Source of the DNA: Candidatus Pacearchaeota archaeon
Lineage (GTDB): Archaea > Nanobdellota > Nanobdellia > Pacearchaeales > GW2011-AR1
NCBI GenBank assembly: GCA_016181895.1
Contig: JACOYL010000009.1
Location: forward strand, 3,346 to 67,345
Direction: 5' to 3'
DNA: 64,000 nucleotides
Under the pieces are notes generated by a model. It was not told where the DNA came from. It saw only the letters and a list, made by a program, of their open reading frames with translations, and did not search any database. The position numbers were made by a program, and so were the translations under genes. Below, in pieces: positions 35,367 through 44,814 of this stretch. Each line of letters starts with the position of its first letter. Within the stretch, counting starts at the first letter, position 1.

Positions 35367-38054
35367 TTAAATTTTTCGTGGTTGAGTTGCATTTTGGTTC
35401 TTAATATTTGAATTGCCGAAAGAGGTCTTGGGATGCCTTGCAAACTTGAACAATTCCCCCATGGGAATTTCAAACATGCCTGTTCTTTTTCCGTAATATT
35501 TTTTCATTATGTAGGCAACCTGCTCTGAATTCCAGCCCGCTTTTTTTAATCCCAAGGAAACTTTCCTGTCCTCAACCCCCTGCTTCTTCATGTTGTGCAC
35601 ATACGAAACTATGTTGAACAAATCATTTCTGTTTTTGAAAAGATGGCTTTCGTATTTTCTCTTGTACCACTGCTGCATTGTTATATAGGAAATAAATCCA
35701 AGTAAACTAACGAGCAACACAACCAAAATGATTAAAGTTAAATCAGATATTTTTTCAGTGTTAAGTATCTTAAATTCCTTTTGAATAGAAATCTCGCTTA
35801 ATTTAGGGGAAATGAATGCCGGCAGTTCTGAAAATTCAATGTCTTCTATTGTTGAAAATCCTATGGTTTCTCCGCCTTCAAGCCGGATTGAAACATATCC
35901 TTCTTCTTTCTGTTCAGAATAATCGCCGTCAAATGTGAGATTTTCAAATTCAGGCATAATCAAATAAGCACCGTCAATTTCAGGATTGCTGCTTATTTGC
36001 AATTTAAACACATTTAATATTTCCACGGGATTGTCTTCGAAATTTGCCGTGAATTCCTTGGAACTGATTTTCGTCTGGCTGTTCGCGGCGTTCCATGCCA
36101 AAACAGCTTGCGTGTATTTTTCACTGTCGTTTCCATAATTCCCGCCGCCAATCTTTTTTAAAATTTGCAGATTCACGCTTTCCTCACTTGGAAAAAACGG
36201 AATTGATTCAACATTTTTTGTTATGTCAATGGAACTAGGTATGCTCAGAGTTACCAAATCGGCCATTATTGAAATGTAATCATTATCATCACTTCCTGCG
36301 GTTGCATTTCTCTGCTGTATGTCGCTTAATATTGATTCAACGTCATCAAGATTTAGAATCGCATCCAATGAATTTTGTTCAAATAAAGAAAGATTTTCAA
36401 TCTGTGCCTTTATGTTGTTTAAATTGTCCAAATTCCGTTTTAACAACTTATTTACGGCATTTCTTGGCGTTGCAATTTCAATGTTGAACGATTTTGAGGA
36501 ACTTTTTCTGTTGGAATCTGTTACCATTATTGTCACGACATACTCTCCAATTTCAGTGTAAGTGTATGTGGTTTTGTTTTCTGTGGTTTTCTGGCTTGGA
36601 GAATCGTCGCCAAAATCCCATTCATAATTAATTATTCTTGCTGAAGAATTAAAAGTGTTAACCCTAACCTTGAATTCCGTGGGGAGAGCGGCAATGGCAA
36701 TCATGGGACTTAAGGAAACTATCTGCGGCACTTTTTCAATTTCAATTGTTTCCGAGAAAATTGGTTCATCGTTTAAACTCAGAGAAAGATTGTGTCTTCC
36801 GAAATTTCCCGGAACTGAAAAATTTGCATAATCCAATAAAATTTTTAAAAATCCGGATGTAATTTTTGCGGGGGTTTCTGATATATTATGAATTGGAAAA
36901 TTTCCTCCTTCACATATACCGATTTCCTCATTATAACACCTAAACGTTCCATCCACCTCATAATTAATATGCACGTCTGAAATCGTAACGGCTTGCTGCT
37001 GATTTTTTCCGGATGTAATCCTTATTGGGACAATGCATTCATTAGCACACTTTCCATTATATTTGTCCAAAATATATCCTCCTATTTCCCCATCAAGTTC
37101 ATTTAAAGCAATTGTTCCCAATGCTGCAAATTTTCCAGGTTTTGCAAATATCTGGAAATCTTTCGGGAATTGCTTGCTTGTGGCATAACCGCATATTTCT
37201 CCTGCTTGTTCAAATTTTATTTTATAATTATAGTTCGCAGGGTCATCCTCATTGTTTTTGATGCACACATAATAATCCTCTTGCTTGTCTATTTTGAAAT
37301 CTTCCGGAACGCAGCCGATTCTTCCCCCTCTAAGCACGGAGACATCGCAGGATGCGCTGTTTCCATTTTCATTGTCTATTGTAAATCTAAAACTTGCGCT
37401 TGGGTTTGTTGGGTCTGTTATATAGGCGCCTATTTCAACTTCCGGCGCAATGGGAATGTTTATTTTTTCGCAAAAAGAATTTGTTATTATAAGTGTTTCT
37501 CCTAAAGTTTGAGTCAAAGGGTCAAAACACCCGAAATCCTCATTGTAGAAATTTCCGGATGCATCAGATGATTCCCAGTCATTTTCTCCGTCAGCCAAGA
37601 CATCGATAAATAATTGTTTGAAAGTGGATTCAGGGGCATTACTTTGTATGTTCATTGAAAAACCGTTAATTTCGTCAATTGTTTCTCCTAAAAATCTCAA
37701 TCCAAAAACTTTTGATTCCCTGCTTCCCAATGTAATTTCTTTTATACTTTCTCCGCTTTCATCCACGGAAGAATAATCAGAGGCGCAGTCAAGGGGCGAA
37801 CATGTGTAATTCACACCCGCTTCAAACTTGTTTAAGTCCATTAAATCAACCAGACTTATGCCGTCTCCAAAACCTGTTTCAAACAATGAATTTACAGATT
37901 CTTCGTTCAAGCTTATGTTTATCCAGCCTCTTAAAGAACTGCCCAAAGGATATTTTTTTTCAATTGAACGGCTTAGATTTCCATTTGTAAAATCCGCGGA
38001 AATAAAATTTGAAACCAGTATGACTAATAATAAAAATATCACCGCTTTTTTCAT
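35367..38054 (-). CDS. Large surface protein (895 aa): signal peptide, PKD domain, TM, cytoplasmic 'KG..AGW' tail
   Basis: 'MKKAVIFLLLVILVSNFISA'. PKD-like 'YEWDFGDDSPSQ...YTYTEIGEYVVTIMVTD' (~36430-36610). TM 'LTLIILVVLLVSLLGFISYI'. Tail 'MKKQGVEDRKVSLGLKKAGWNSEQVAYIMKK'. Confidence 0.75.
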   Translation of the reverse strand: MKKAVIFLLLVILVSNFISADFTNGNLSRSIEKKYPLGSSLRGWINISLNEESVNSLFETGFGDGISLVDLMDLNKFEAGVNYTCSPLDCASDYSSVDESGESIKEITLGSRESKVFGLRFLGETIDEINGFSMNIQSNAPESTFKQLFIDVLADGENDWESSDASGNFYNEDFGCFDPLTQTLGETLIITNSFCEKINIPIAPEVEIGAYITDPTNPSASFRFTIDNENGNSASCDVSVLRGGRIGCVPEDFKIDKQEDYYVCIKNNEDDPANYNYKIKFEQAGEICGYATSKQFPKDFQIFAKPGKFAALGTIALNELDGEIGGYILDKYNGKCANECIVPIRITSGKNQQQAVTISDVHINYEVDGTFRCYNEEIGICEGGNFPIHNISETPAKITSGFLKILLDYANFSVPGNFGRHNLSLSLNDEPIFSETIEIEKVPQIVSLSPMIAIAALPTEFKVRVNTFNSSARIINYEWDFGDDSPSQKTTENKTTYTYTEIGEYVVTIMVTDSNRKSSSKSFNIEIATPRNAVNKLLKRNLDNLNNIKAQIENLSLFEQNSLDAILNLDDVESILSDIQQRNATAGSDDNDYISIMADLVTLSIPSSIDITKNVESIPFFPSEESVNLQILKKIGGGNYGNDSEKYTQAVLAWNAANSQTKISSKEFTANFEDNPVEILNVFKLQISSNPEIDGAYLIMPEFENLTFDGDYSEQKEEGYVSIRLEGGETIGFSTIEDIEFSELPAFISPKLSEISIQKEFKILNTEKISDLTLIILVVLLVSLLGFISYITMQQWYKRKYESHLFKNRNDLFNIVSYVHNMKKQGVEDRKVSLGLKKAGWNSEQVAYIMKKYYGKRTGMFEIPMGELFKFARHPKTSFGNSNIKNQNATQPRKI

Positions 38055-38220
38055 AATAAATTATGGTGAATTTGTTTTATAAATATTTGGAGAAAATCAC
38101 TATGAAGTTAATTCGCCAACCTAATAAGCATTATTTAAGATAAATCTTAATGCTGTGAATTTAAATTATCCGACACTGCCCGATTAAGTTATTATAGATT
38201 ATTGATATAAAATTATTCAA

Positions 38221-39579
38221 TTATTTTTTCTTATGCTTATGTTTCCTTTTTTGTTTTTCGATTATGTTGAATATTGCGTAAATCAATGCAATCAAAATTC
38301 CAGAGATTATCAAATTGTAGAAATTGAAAAACGGAAGCTGCACCAATGCAGGACATGCAAGTTTCTTTGAGTCAACTTCACAGGAAGCAGGCTTGTCTAA
38401 AAGTTCTCCACTCCATGTTGCCGTCCAACTGTATGAAATAAATCCGTCGCCGCATCCATCAGGGTCGCTGCTTGATGCCTTGATTGTGCATTTTCCTAAA
38501 ATGCTTTCCTGCCCTGTTGTAGGATCGTAATTAACAGTCTGAAATGCCGAATCGCATGTTGATGAAGATGTATCCCACTCGCAGAAACAAAATGACGGAG
38601 GCGAACATTCGCTGCTTTCAGGAACACTGTCCTCTGCAACATCGCACACATCATTATCAGTGCAATATGCTTGCCCATAATCAGAACACACAAACTTGTC
38701 ATCGCAGAATCCCGCGGTTAAAACAGTTCCTATCTTCAAATCCCCGCTTGTGGCTAATGAATTTCCCGCATTTGAAGCTTCGAAATAAAATTCCATTTCA
38801 TCATAATCTTCAACAAGAGCTTCAAGAAGAGGGTGTCCTTTATCCAAATCTATTTGAGTAATAAGCCATTCATAGTTTGCTCTTTCATCAGCACCTGTTT
38901 GGACTGTCACGGTTTTTATTAAGTCGTCTGCAGTAAGAGTATCATCCCTTTCTTTAATCTCAAATGTTATTTGCGTTCCTTGGGGAAGATTTGAATTCTT
39001 TAATATCATCCATATTTTTGTTGTGTCTGGAACAACATCTATCGTGCTTACAGACGTTACACCATTTTTAGACCATATGGCAGATGTTATTAGTGAAGAA
39101 GATGTACAATAAATTTTAACCCCGTAATCATTAATCGCTCCAATATGGGCATTTGTTTCTGCCGATAATGATAATACAGGGATGGGATATTTATCCGGAG
39201 CATATTCAGGGTCATTTGAATCTACACACTCCAAATCCCCGTAACAAACAAAATTTGCAAGAATTGTATAAGCAGTTCCCGATGGGATTTCAGCGTGTGC
39301 GTTTGTTGCAGATGAGAGTCCGATAACTTTGTTGGTTCCGGAACATGCTGCGTTGCCGCCGGCAAAATTACAGCAAACATATTTGTATCCGGAAGGACTC
39401 GCTTCTGTTGTTGCGCCGTGCGCATTCGTTAGGTCTGAAACTCTCATCAATTCATAATCAGAACCGGTATCGGTACAGGCTGTACTTTGAATCGAACAAC
39501 TTTCTCCGGTCGCAAAAACTCCGATTGAAAGAAACATTGTAAAAATCAACGTCAGTAATAAAACCACACCGCTTTTCAT
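38221..39579 (-). CDS. Cys-rich surface protein with three 'S..TNAH' repeats and a C-terminal TM/basic anchor
   Basis: Signal-like 'MKSGVVLLLTLIFTMFLSIGVFA'. 'SDLTNAHG', 'SSATNAHA', 'SAETNAHI'. Very Cys-rich throughout. C-terminus '...ILIALIYAIFNIIEKQKRKHKHKKK'. Start set at Met8 from TATA spacing. Confidence 0.6.
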   Translation of the reverse strand: MKSGVVLLLTLIFTMFLSIGVFATGESCSIQSTACTDTGSDYELMRVSDLTNAHGATTEASPSGYKYVCCNFAGGNAACSGTNKVIGLSSATNAHAEIPSGTAYTILANFVCYGDLECVDSNDPEYAPDKYPIPVLSLSAETNAHIGAINDYGVKIYCTSSSLITSAIWSKNGVTSVSTIDVVPDTTKIWMILKNSNLPQGTQITFEIKERDDTLTADDLIKTVTVQTGADERANYEWLITQIDLDKGHPLLEALVEDYDEMEFYFEASNAGNSLATSGDLKIGTVLTAGFCDDKFVCSDYGQAYCTDNDVCDVAEDSVPESSECSPPSFCFCEWDTSSSTCDSAFQTVNYDPTTGQESILGKCTIKASSSDPDGCGDGFISYSWTATWSGELLDKPASCEVDSKKLACPALVQLPFFNFYNLIISGILIALIYAIFNIIEKQKRKHKHKKK

Positions 39580-39623
39580 CTCCCCTATAACAAACCGCAT
39601 TTTATAAACTTTAATATTCTATT

Positions 39624-39877
39624 GGCTTTGTTTAATAAGTAACCACTGTTTAAAATTGGCTCGCATTCTGCTCGCGATTGATGAAAGAATTAACCAAAAA
39701 ACCATTACGCATAGCGATTAGCCATACGCATAGGCAAACACTAAATAAAAAAATATCGCGAGACACGGAAAACTAATGGGTTTTGCATTAACGTTATTAT
39801 TAATATGCGAGCGAATGAAGTGAGTGAGCCATTTTGTTTAGCAAGTCAATAAAAATTGTTTAGCAAGTCAATAAAAA
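39624..39877. mobile_element. MITE-like repeat copy with a perfect 22-bp tandem duplication at its right end
   Basis: 39624-39706 aligns at ~85% with 62908-62991. The right arm is collinear with the reverse complement of the left part of 32625-32820. 'ttgtttagcaagtcaataaaaa' occurs twice, at 39834-39855 and 39856-39877. Confidence 0.6.
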
Positions 39878-39903
39878 TCAAGACTTTTTCAACAAATCTT
39901 ATT

Positions 39904-41100
39904 CTATTCCCCCTTCCAGTTTATCATCGGCTTTATGTGCTTTATTATCTTGATTGATTCTTTTTGCGCTTCCATGACTTCCGAGATGTTTTTGTAAGCC
40001 ATCGGCAATTCATCGAGTGTTTTATTGGAAATAGTTCCTTTTATTCCTTTCATTGACTCTTTGAATTGCTCCATCGTGTATTTTTCCCTAGCTTTTTTTC
40101 TGCTCATGCTTCTTCCTGCCCCATGGCTTGAAGAGTTGAGGAATTTCCCGTTTCCTTTTCCTACTACAAGAAAAGAACCGTCTCTCATGTTTCCCGGAAT
40201 AATTCCTCTTTCATTTTTTTTCGCGGGCGTGGCTCCTTTTCTGTGAATGAAAAAGCCGTTTTCATAAATTGCATGATTGTGATTTTTATTAACCCAAATT
40301 TCGTATTTCAAATCTTCTTGAAGAACCCCTTTTAAAATCTCAATAATTTGATAAGCTATTTCGAGCCTGTTCAATAAAGCGTAGTCCAAACCGAATTCAA
40401 GAACATTCAAATATTCTTTTCCGATTTCCGAATTGGAATCCAGGGGAAATGTTTTTTCATATTTTGTTTTTTCCCTGCTTCCCGAAGCGCTTATCATGTA
40501 TTTTTTTGCAACATTGTGCCCGATGCCCCTGCTTCCGGAGTGGATTATAAGCCATAATTCTTCACTATTCTTTTTCTTCGGGGGTTTTGCAAAGGGGGTG
40601 TCCCCCTGCTCGTCTGTTCCCAATTCAATGAAATGATTTCCTCCTCCCAAAGTTCCAAGATGCCTTATTGCAGTGGTTTTTAAATAATTCAAAACATTTT
40701 TGTCATGCGGTTTTTTTTCAAACTTTTCTAGAATTTTCTTGAAATCTTTTTTTGTTTTCTCCGTGATTTTTTCTGGTTTGTTGTAGCTCCCGACACCCAT
40801 TGGAATTTTTCTCATTACTTGGCTGTAAATCCTGTCCTGATTTTCTCCGACTCTTTCAATAAGTTTCTTGCCTTTGATTCTCAACGCAATCAAGCCGCAG
40901 CCAATGTCAAAACCAACCCACGCGGGCACGATAAATCCCTTTGTTTTCAAGACAGCGCCTATTGGAGCTGCATATCCCAAATGCGCGTCAGGCATCAATG
41001 CCGCGGCTACAACAAACTTTTCAGAATAGCAATTTTTGAACTGTTCCAACGTTTCCTTGTCAACATCTATCGCGTAATTGTATATTTCTTTTGTTTTCAT
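39904..41100 (-). CDS. rtcB: RNA 3'-phosphate/5'-OH ligase RtcB
   Basis: 'MPDAHLGYAAPIG', 'GGGNHFIE', 'IHSGSRGIGH', 'NHNH', 'SSHGAGR'. Start reassigned to 'MKTKEIY' (41100). Confidence 0.9.
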   Translation of the reverse strand: MKTKEIYNYAIDVDKETLEQFKNCYSEKFVVAAALMPDAHLGYAAPIGAVLKTKGFIVPAWVGFDIGCGLIALRIKGKKLIERVGENQDRIYSQVMRKIPMGVGSYNKPEKITEKTKKDFKKILEKFEKKPHDKNVLNYLKTTAIRHLGTLGGGNHFIELGTDEQGDTPFAKPPKKKNSEELWLIIHSGSRGIGHNVAKKYMISASGSREKTKYEKTFPLDSNSEIGKEYLNVLEFGLDYALLNRLEIAYQIIEILKGVLQEDLKYEIWVNKNHNHAIYENGFFIHRKGATPAKKNERGIIPGNMRDGSFLVVGKGNGKFLNSSSHGAGRSMSRKKAREKYTMEQFKESMKGIKGTISNKTLDELPMAYKNISEVMEAQKESIKIIKHIKPMINWKGE

Positions 41101-41120
41101 CTTAAATGAAATGCAATTAA

Positions 41121-41130
41121 TTTTATAAAG
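41121..41130 (-). promoter_or_regulatory. TATA box for rtcB
   Basis: Minus-strand 'CTTTATAAAA' centred ~25 nt upstream of the 41100 ATG, inside the longer track ORF. Confidence 0.45.
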
Positions 41131-41150
41131 ATTGACAACGAAGGATTCTG

Positions 41151-41462
41151 ATGGATTTAGCAGAAAGAATTCAGGATTTTTCTTCGACTTATAACGCCCT
41201 TCTTGATTTGGGAAAGAACAGATTGCCTTTTTATCAAGGAATAAAAGATGCAAGAATTAATTTGCTCGTTGAAAAAGGATATCTCATTCCTGGAATATCA
41301 AGAGTTCATTTGGATGAAGGAAAAACAGTTAACGTAACCCATTATAAAAGAACTCCCAAGGGACAAAGAGCATTATTTTTCGCGCAAATCCCAGAAAAAA
41401 TCAAAAGAATTCCTTCGGAAATTTGTTACAAAATAGATTGCTTTCTCCATCCTGATGATTAA
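41151..41462 (+). CDS. Hypothetical protein
   Basis: 103-aa ORF divergent from rtcB. Confidence 0.4.
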   Translation: MDLAERIQDFSSTYNALLDLGKNRLPFYQGIKDARINLLVEKGYLIPGISRVHLDEGKTVNVTHYKRTPKGQRALFFAQIPEKIKRIPSEICYKIDCFLHPDD

Positions 41463-41466
41463 ATTC

Positions 41467-41922
41467 TCATCCCTGCGCCCAGCAAAACAGGTTTAGTTTT
41501 CTCGGAGCATATAAATTTTGATTCGCCCCAAAGAACGAGGATTGCACGAAAACGTCTTTGTCGTCGGGAACCAAATTAATGACGCAATCATCTTGGATTT
41601 CGCAAAGTTGCGCTTCGCATTTTAAATATCCCGGAGCTCTTGTTTCTATTTTATCTTTGACATCGTCTAGATTGTTAGGGGGCCCGTTAAAATCATCCCA
41701 TTCAATCGGAAGATTTCCAACAGGAACAGCAATGATATCATTTCTCAAATCATTATTCAGTTGTATTTCCCTCAAAATCGCATATTCCGAATCATAAACA
41801 AAAACCGAAGAATCCGGGACTTGAAGCCCGAGGCTGTTTATTATTATGAGCAAAGCGCCTGCTATTAGAAGTATGCTCGTGAAAGCCTCGACGATTTTTA
41901 TCCAACCTTGCTTGTTTTTCAT
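41467..41922 (-). CDS. Pilin-like protein with class III (type IV prepilin-like) signal peptide
   Basis: 'MKNKQG/WIKIVEAFTSILLIAGALLII'. Promoter-like 'AATATTAATAAACTT' lies upstream. Confidence 0.55.
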   Translation of the reverse strand: MKNKQGWIKIVEAFTSILLIAGALLIIINSLGLQVPDSSVFVYDSEYAILREIQLNNDLRNDIIAVPVGNLPIEWDDFNGPPNNLDDVKDKIETRAPGYLKCEAQLCEIQDDCVINLVPDDKDVFVQSSFFGANQNLYAPRKLNLFCWAQG

Positions 41923-42102
41923 AATCTAATTATCAATAATAAGTTTATTAATATTTTGAGAAAAATGGCTCGTTGCCCTGCAACTCGCATGTTGATATAA
42001 TGATAAATTAATGAAAAAATTTATCGCAAGTTTTTTAGAATAACAAGATTATGCATTGACATTATTTTCTTCTGGTAGTGCTGGCTTTTCAATGTCACAT
42101 AG

Positions 42103-42957
42103 TCACCATACCTTTATCGTCAAAAAACCTATTTGAAGATTTGCATCGCTGTCAAGATACTGCAGCGGAAATGTTGTTGCGTAAACATTTGTGTTTGGAA
42201 TTCCCCCGCATGCTTCAATATTTGGTTCAATTACTAATGTTCCATCTGCCGATTCAAACCTGAATGTAAACTCGTTTCCCTCGGGAACTCCAAGTCTTGT
42301 TTTAATGGTTTCTCCGCAGTCCAGTTCATATTCATCTTTCAATGCATAAATGTTTGACTCAAGGATTTGAGTTTGTTCTTCGACGAGGGAACCAACGGTA
42401 TAATCACTTACAGGATGGCAGCCGCTCATACTAACCTGATTTTGCTCTAATGCTTCTGAATAATATATCTTGAAAAAAAAACCGTTTGTCTGCAAATCTC
42501 CTGGTGCCCAAAAACCAACCTGTAAACTATTGCCAGAACGCGAATAATCAAAATTTTTAGAGTTGTTTTTTATTTTTAGCTGATTATTTGTAATATATGA
42601 TTCAGCAATTTGGTTGTCTCCGCTGCCAATTATATTTTGTAGGCTAACACAATCTTTATCTGGGCTTATCGGTTCGCCATCTATAGTCATCACTGTCAAA
42701 TCTCCAACCCTAAATTCCTCAACCAATGAAAATCGGAAAAAATCCAGCAACGATTGTTTGCTTGCCTGCGTTTTCAAGAACGGCTCTATTGCGGAGAACA
42801 TGAAAATTATGAACATTATGAAAATCACGAAAGACAAAACAAATCCTATTTGGGTTGCGCCCCTTTTCCGAGTTTTCGAGGAAAACGAGTGAACTCTTTT
42901 TTCAGTGCTTCGCGATGCGTATGCGTAATCGCTTTGTGAAACCCTTTTAGTTTTCAT
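42103..42957 (-). CDS. Pilin-like protein with a long (33-aa) basic leader before the class III motif
   Basis: '...SSKTRKRG/ATQIGFVLSFVIFIMFIIF'. No alternative start codon lies between 42957 and the hydrophobic core. Confidence 0.55.
   Translation of the reverse strand: MKTKRVSQSDYAYASRSTEKRVHSFSSKTRKRGATQIGFVLSFVIFIMFIIFMFSAIEPFLKTQASKQSLLDFFRFSLVEEFRVGDLTVMTIDGEPISPDKDCVSLQNIIGSGDNQIAESYITNNQLKIKNNSKNFDYSRSGNSLQVGFWAPGDLQTNGFFFKIYYSEALEQNQVSMSGCHPVSDYTVGSLVEEQTQILESNIYALKDEYELDCGETIKTRLGVPEGNEFTFRFESADGTLVIEPNIEACGGIPNTNVYATTFPLQYLDSDANLQIGFLTIKVW
42911..42935. repeat. 25-nt exact copy of the MITE core inside the pilin leader coding region
   Basis: 'cgcgatgcgtatgcgtaatcgcttt' is identical to 32767-32791. 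Confidence 0.85.
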
Positions 42958-43016
42958 GAATTATAAAAGAAAAACTCTTTTTAATATATTATGCTCTGGG
43001 CAAATTTTATAAAGGG

Positions 43017-43718
43017 GTGATGTTAAACAGATTTATGCAGGAAATAGAATTTGAAGAAAATATAGGCAAAATGGTGGATTTTCCATGGAAGGAGGAAGAT
43101 TTTGATTTTGCAAAAGAACCAATTAAAAAAACAAAGAGGGAATTGTCGCCGGTTGAAAGACTTGAAGAATCTTATAAAAATTCATGGATTGAAAAAAGGA
43201 AATCTTTTTACTTCAATACCAAAGCGTATGAAAATCTGCCTGCATCTTTGTCTTACAGTTACAGGGCGACAATAAAAACTTCCAAGGGTTTCAAAACTTT
43301 GACAAATCTTACGGAAGAGGGTTTAACGGGATTTTTGGAAGAAGTCGGGGAAAAATCTTCCTCTACTGTGTCTGGACCGGGATTAATTCAGAGACCGATT
43401 ATAAAAGGTTATAACATTGGAATTGGAATGCAAAACGGAAAAATGGTTTCTTCGGAAGAAGAATGCGGTTACATAATTGAGGTTTATGACCCGAGCCAGC
43501 CGATTGAGATACTCAGAATCGGGGAAGACGGATTCATTTACGAGAACAAGGGAAAAAGAAAACCGCAAATTAAAAAAGAGATGTTCTACAACAGGCGCAG
43601 GTATTCTAATGCTTATGCTTTCAGGGGAAAAGCCAAGGATTTGGAAAATTGCTTTTTTTCTGCCAACATCAAGGCAGTTCATATGGTTAAATCAAACAAG
43701 CCTAAATTTTTGAATTAA
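43017..43718 (+). CDS. Hypothetical protein
   Basis: 233-aa ORF convergent with the platform gene. No motif recognised. Confidence 0.45.
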   Translation: MMLNRFMQEIEFEENIGKMVDFPWKEEDFDFAKEPIKKTKRELSPVERLEESYKNSWIEKRKSFYFNTKAYENLPASLSYSYRATIKTSKGFKTLTNLTEEGLTGFLEEVGEKSSSTVSGPGLIQRPIIKGYNIGIGMQNGKMVSSEEECGYIIEVYDPSQPIEILRIGEDGFIYENKGKRKPQIKKEMFYNRRRYSNAYAFRGKAKDLENCFFSANIKAVHMVKSNKPKFLN

Positions 43719-44554
43719 CCGCCCAAAAAAATATTCGCCACAGAGGAAATCACGAAAGCCATCAGCATCAATGCAAAAGAGTGTTTTACTCCTGATTTCA
43801 GACTTCCTTCCGCAAGTTTTCCTATCGCCAAACCTGAGAACAATCCTTGAATCAAAATCAAATAAAGGAATGAATTCGTCACCTCTCCCTGAATGTTTTC
43901 AAACTGCGTTGAAACTCCCAACTCCCTTTCCAAACTGCCCGTTCCCTGAATTCCCGAAAGCAATGGAATAATCTTGAATTGCATCACAAGAACAATAATC
44001 ATGAACACGAAGAAAATTATGTATCCCTGAACAACCAGCGTCGATATCACTGCTTTTCTTTCTTTTTTCAATTTGTCGGAAGTGTTGACGGCTCCCGCAA
44101 CCGATTCCAGAATCTCGCCGATTTCTCCGCCCGATTTCTCCGCCTGTCCTATCAGCGTGATAGCTCGGGAAATCGTTTTGTTGTTGACGTCTTTTGAAAA
44201 AACCTGCAACGCCAAACTGAGCGGAATTCCCATGTAAATTTGGTTTGCAAGTTTGTTTATGTGCTGGCTCAAAACCCCGTAGGGTTTGTCTTTTATGTTG
44301 ACGATGCTCTTGCTTATCGGCGTTCCTGTTTTTACGGATTCGACGAGATTTCTTGAAAACTCGAGGAACATCTGCTCCTTTTCACTGGAGTCCCTTGCCT
44401 CTTTCATCAACGAAAGCACAAAAGGCAGAATTCCCGAGATGACCCCTATGCCGAGAATCAAAAAGAAAAATCTCGATTCCGAAATGAAAAAAGACATTCC
44501 GATTATTGTCAATGCGACCATTATTCCAATGAGATGAATTTTTTTCAATTCCAT
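43715..44554 (-). CDS. Type IV filament platform protein, single T2SSF domain (TadC/FlaJ-half-like)
   Basis: 'FSRNLVESVKTGTPISKSI...ALQVFSKDV...LIGQAEKSGGEIGEILESVA' flanked by TM helices. Confidence 0.75.
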   Translation of the reverse strand: MELKKIHLIGIMVALTIIGMSFFISESRFFFLILGIGVISGILPFVLSLMKEARDSSEKEQMFLEFSRNLVESVKTGTPISKSIVNIKDKPYGVLSQHINKLANQIYMGIPLSLALQVFSKDVNNKTISRAITLIGQAEKSGGEIGEILESVAGAVNTSDKLKKERKAVISTLVVQGYIIFFVFMIIVLVMQFKIIPLLSGIQGTGSLERELGVSTQFENIQGEVTNSFLYLILIQGLFSGLAIGKLAEGSLKSGVKHSFALMLMAFVISSVANIFLGG

Positions 44555-44814
44555 TTTTTATCTTTTCTTTTTTTAAATAATTTACTTTCAATATATCTTC
44601 CAAAATTTGTTTTAAATAAAATTTCTATAAGTATGAATATAAGTATTAAATGGATAATAAAGAACCATGTACGATTTAGTTTATTTCCTAAAATAAAAGT
44701 TAGAAAATCTCCAATGAGGCTTGCCCCCACTAATACTAATATTATAAAAAGGATTGTCACTGAAATTAATCTAAATTTTTCTTTCATTATAAAATTCCTA
44801 TTTTTTATTTCCAT
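44545..44814 (-). CDS. Small membrane protein between the two platform genes
   Basis: 89 aa with 2-3 TM segments. Overlaps both neighbours. Confidence 0.45.
   Translation of the reverse strand: MEIKNRNFIMKEKFRLISVTILFIILVLVGASLIGDFLTFILGNKLNRTWFFIIHLILIFILIEILFKTNFGRYIESKLFKKRKDKKWN

Noticed and set aside
39904-41253. Long 449-aa version of the RtcB ORF.
   Set aside because: The first 51 codons have no RtcB homology and contain the TATA box (41121-41130). The conserved protein begins at Met52 (41100).
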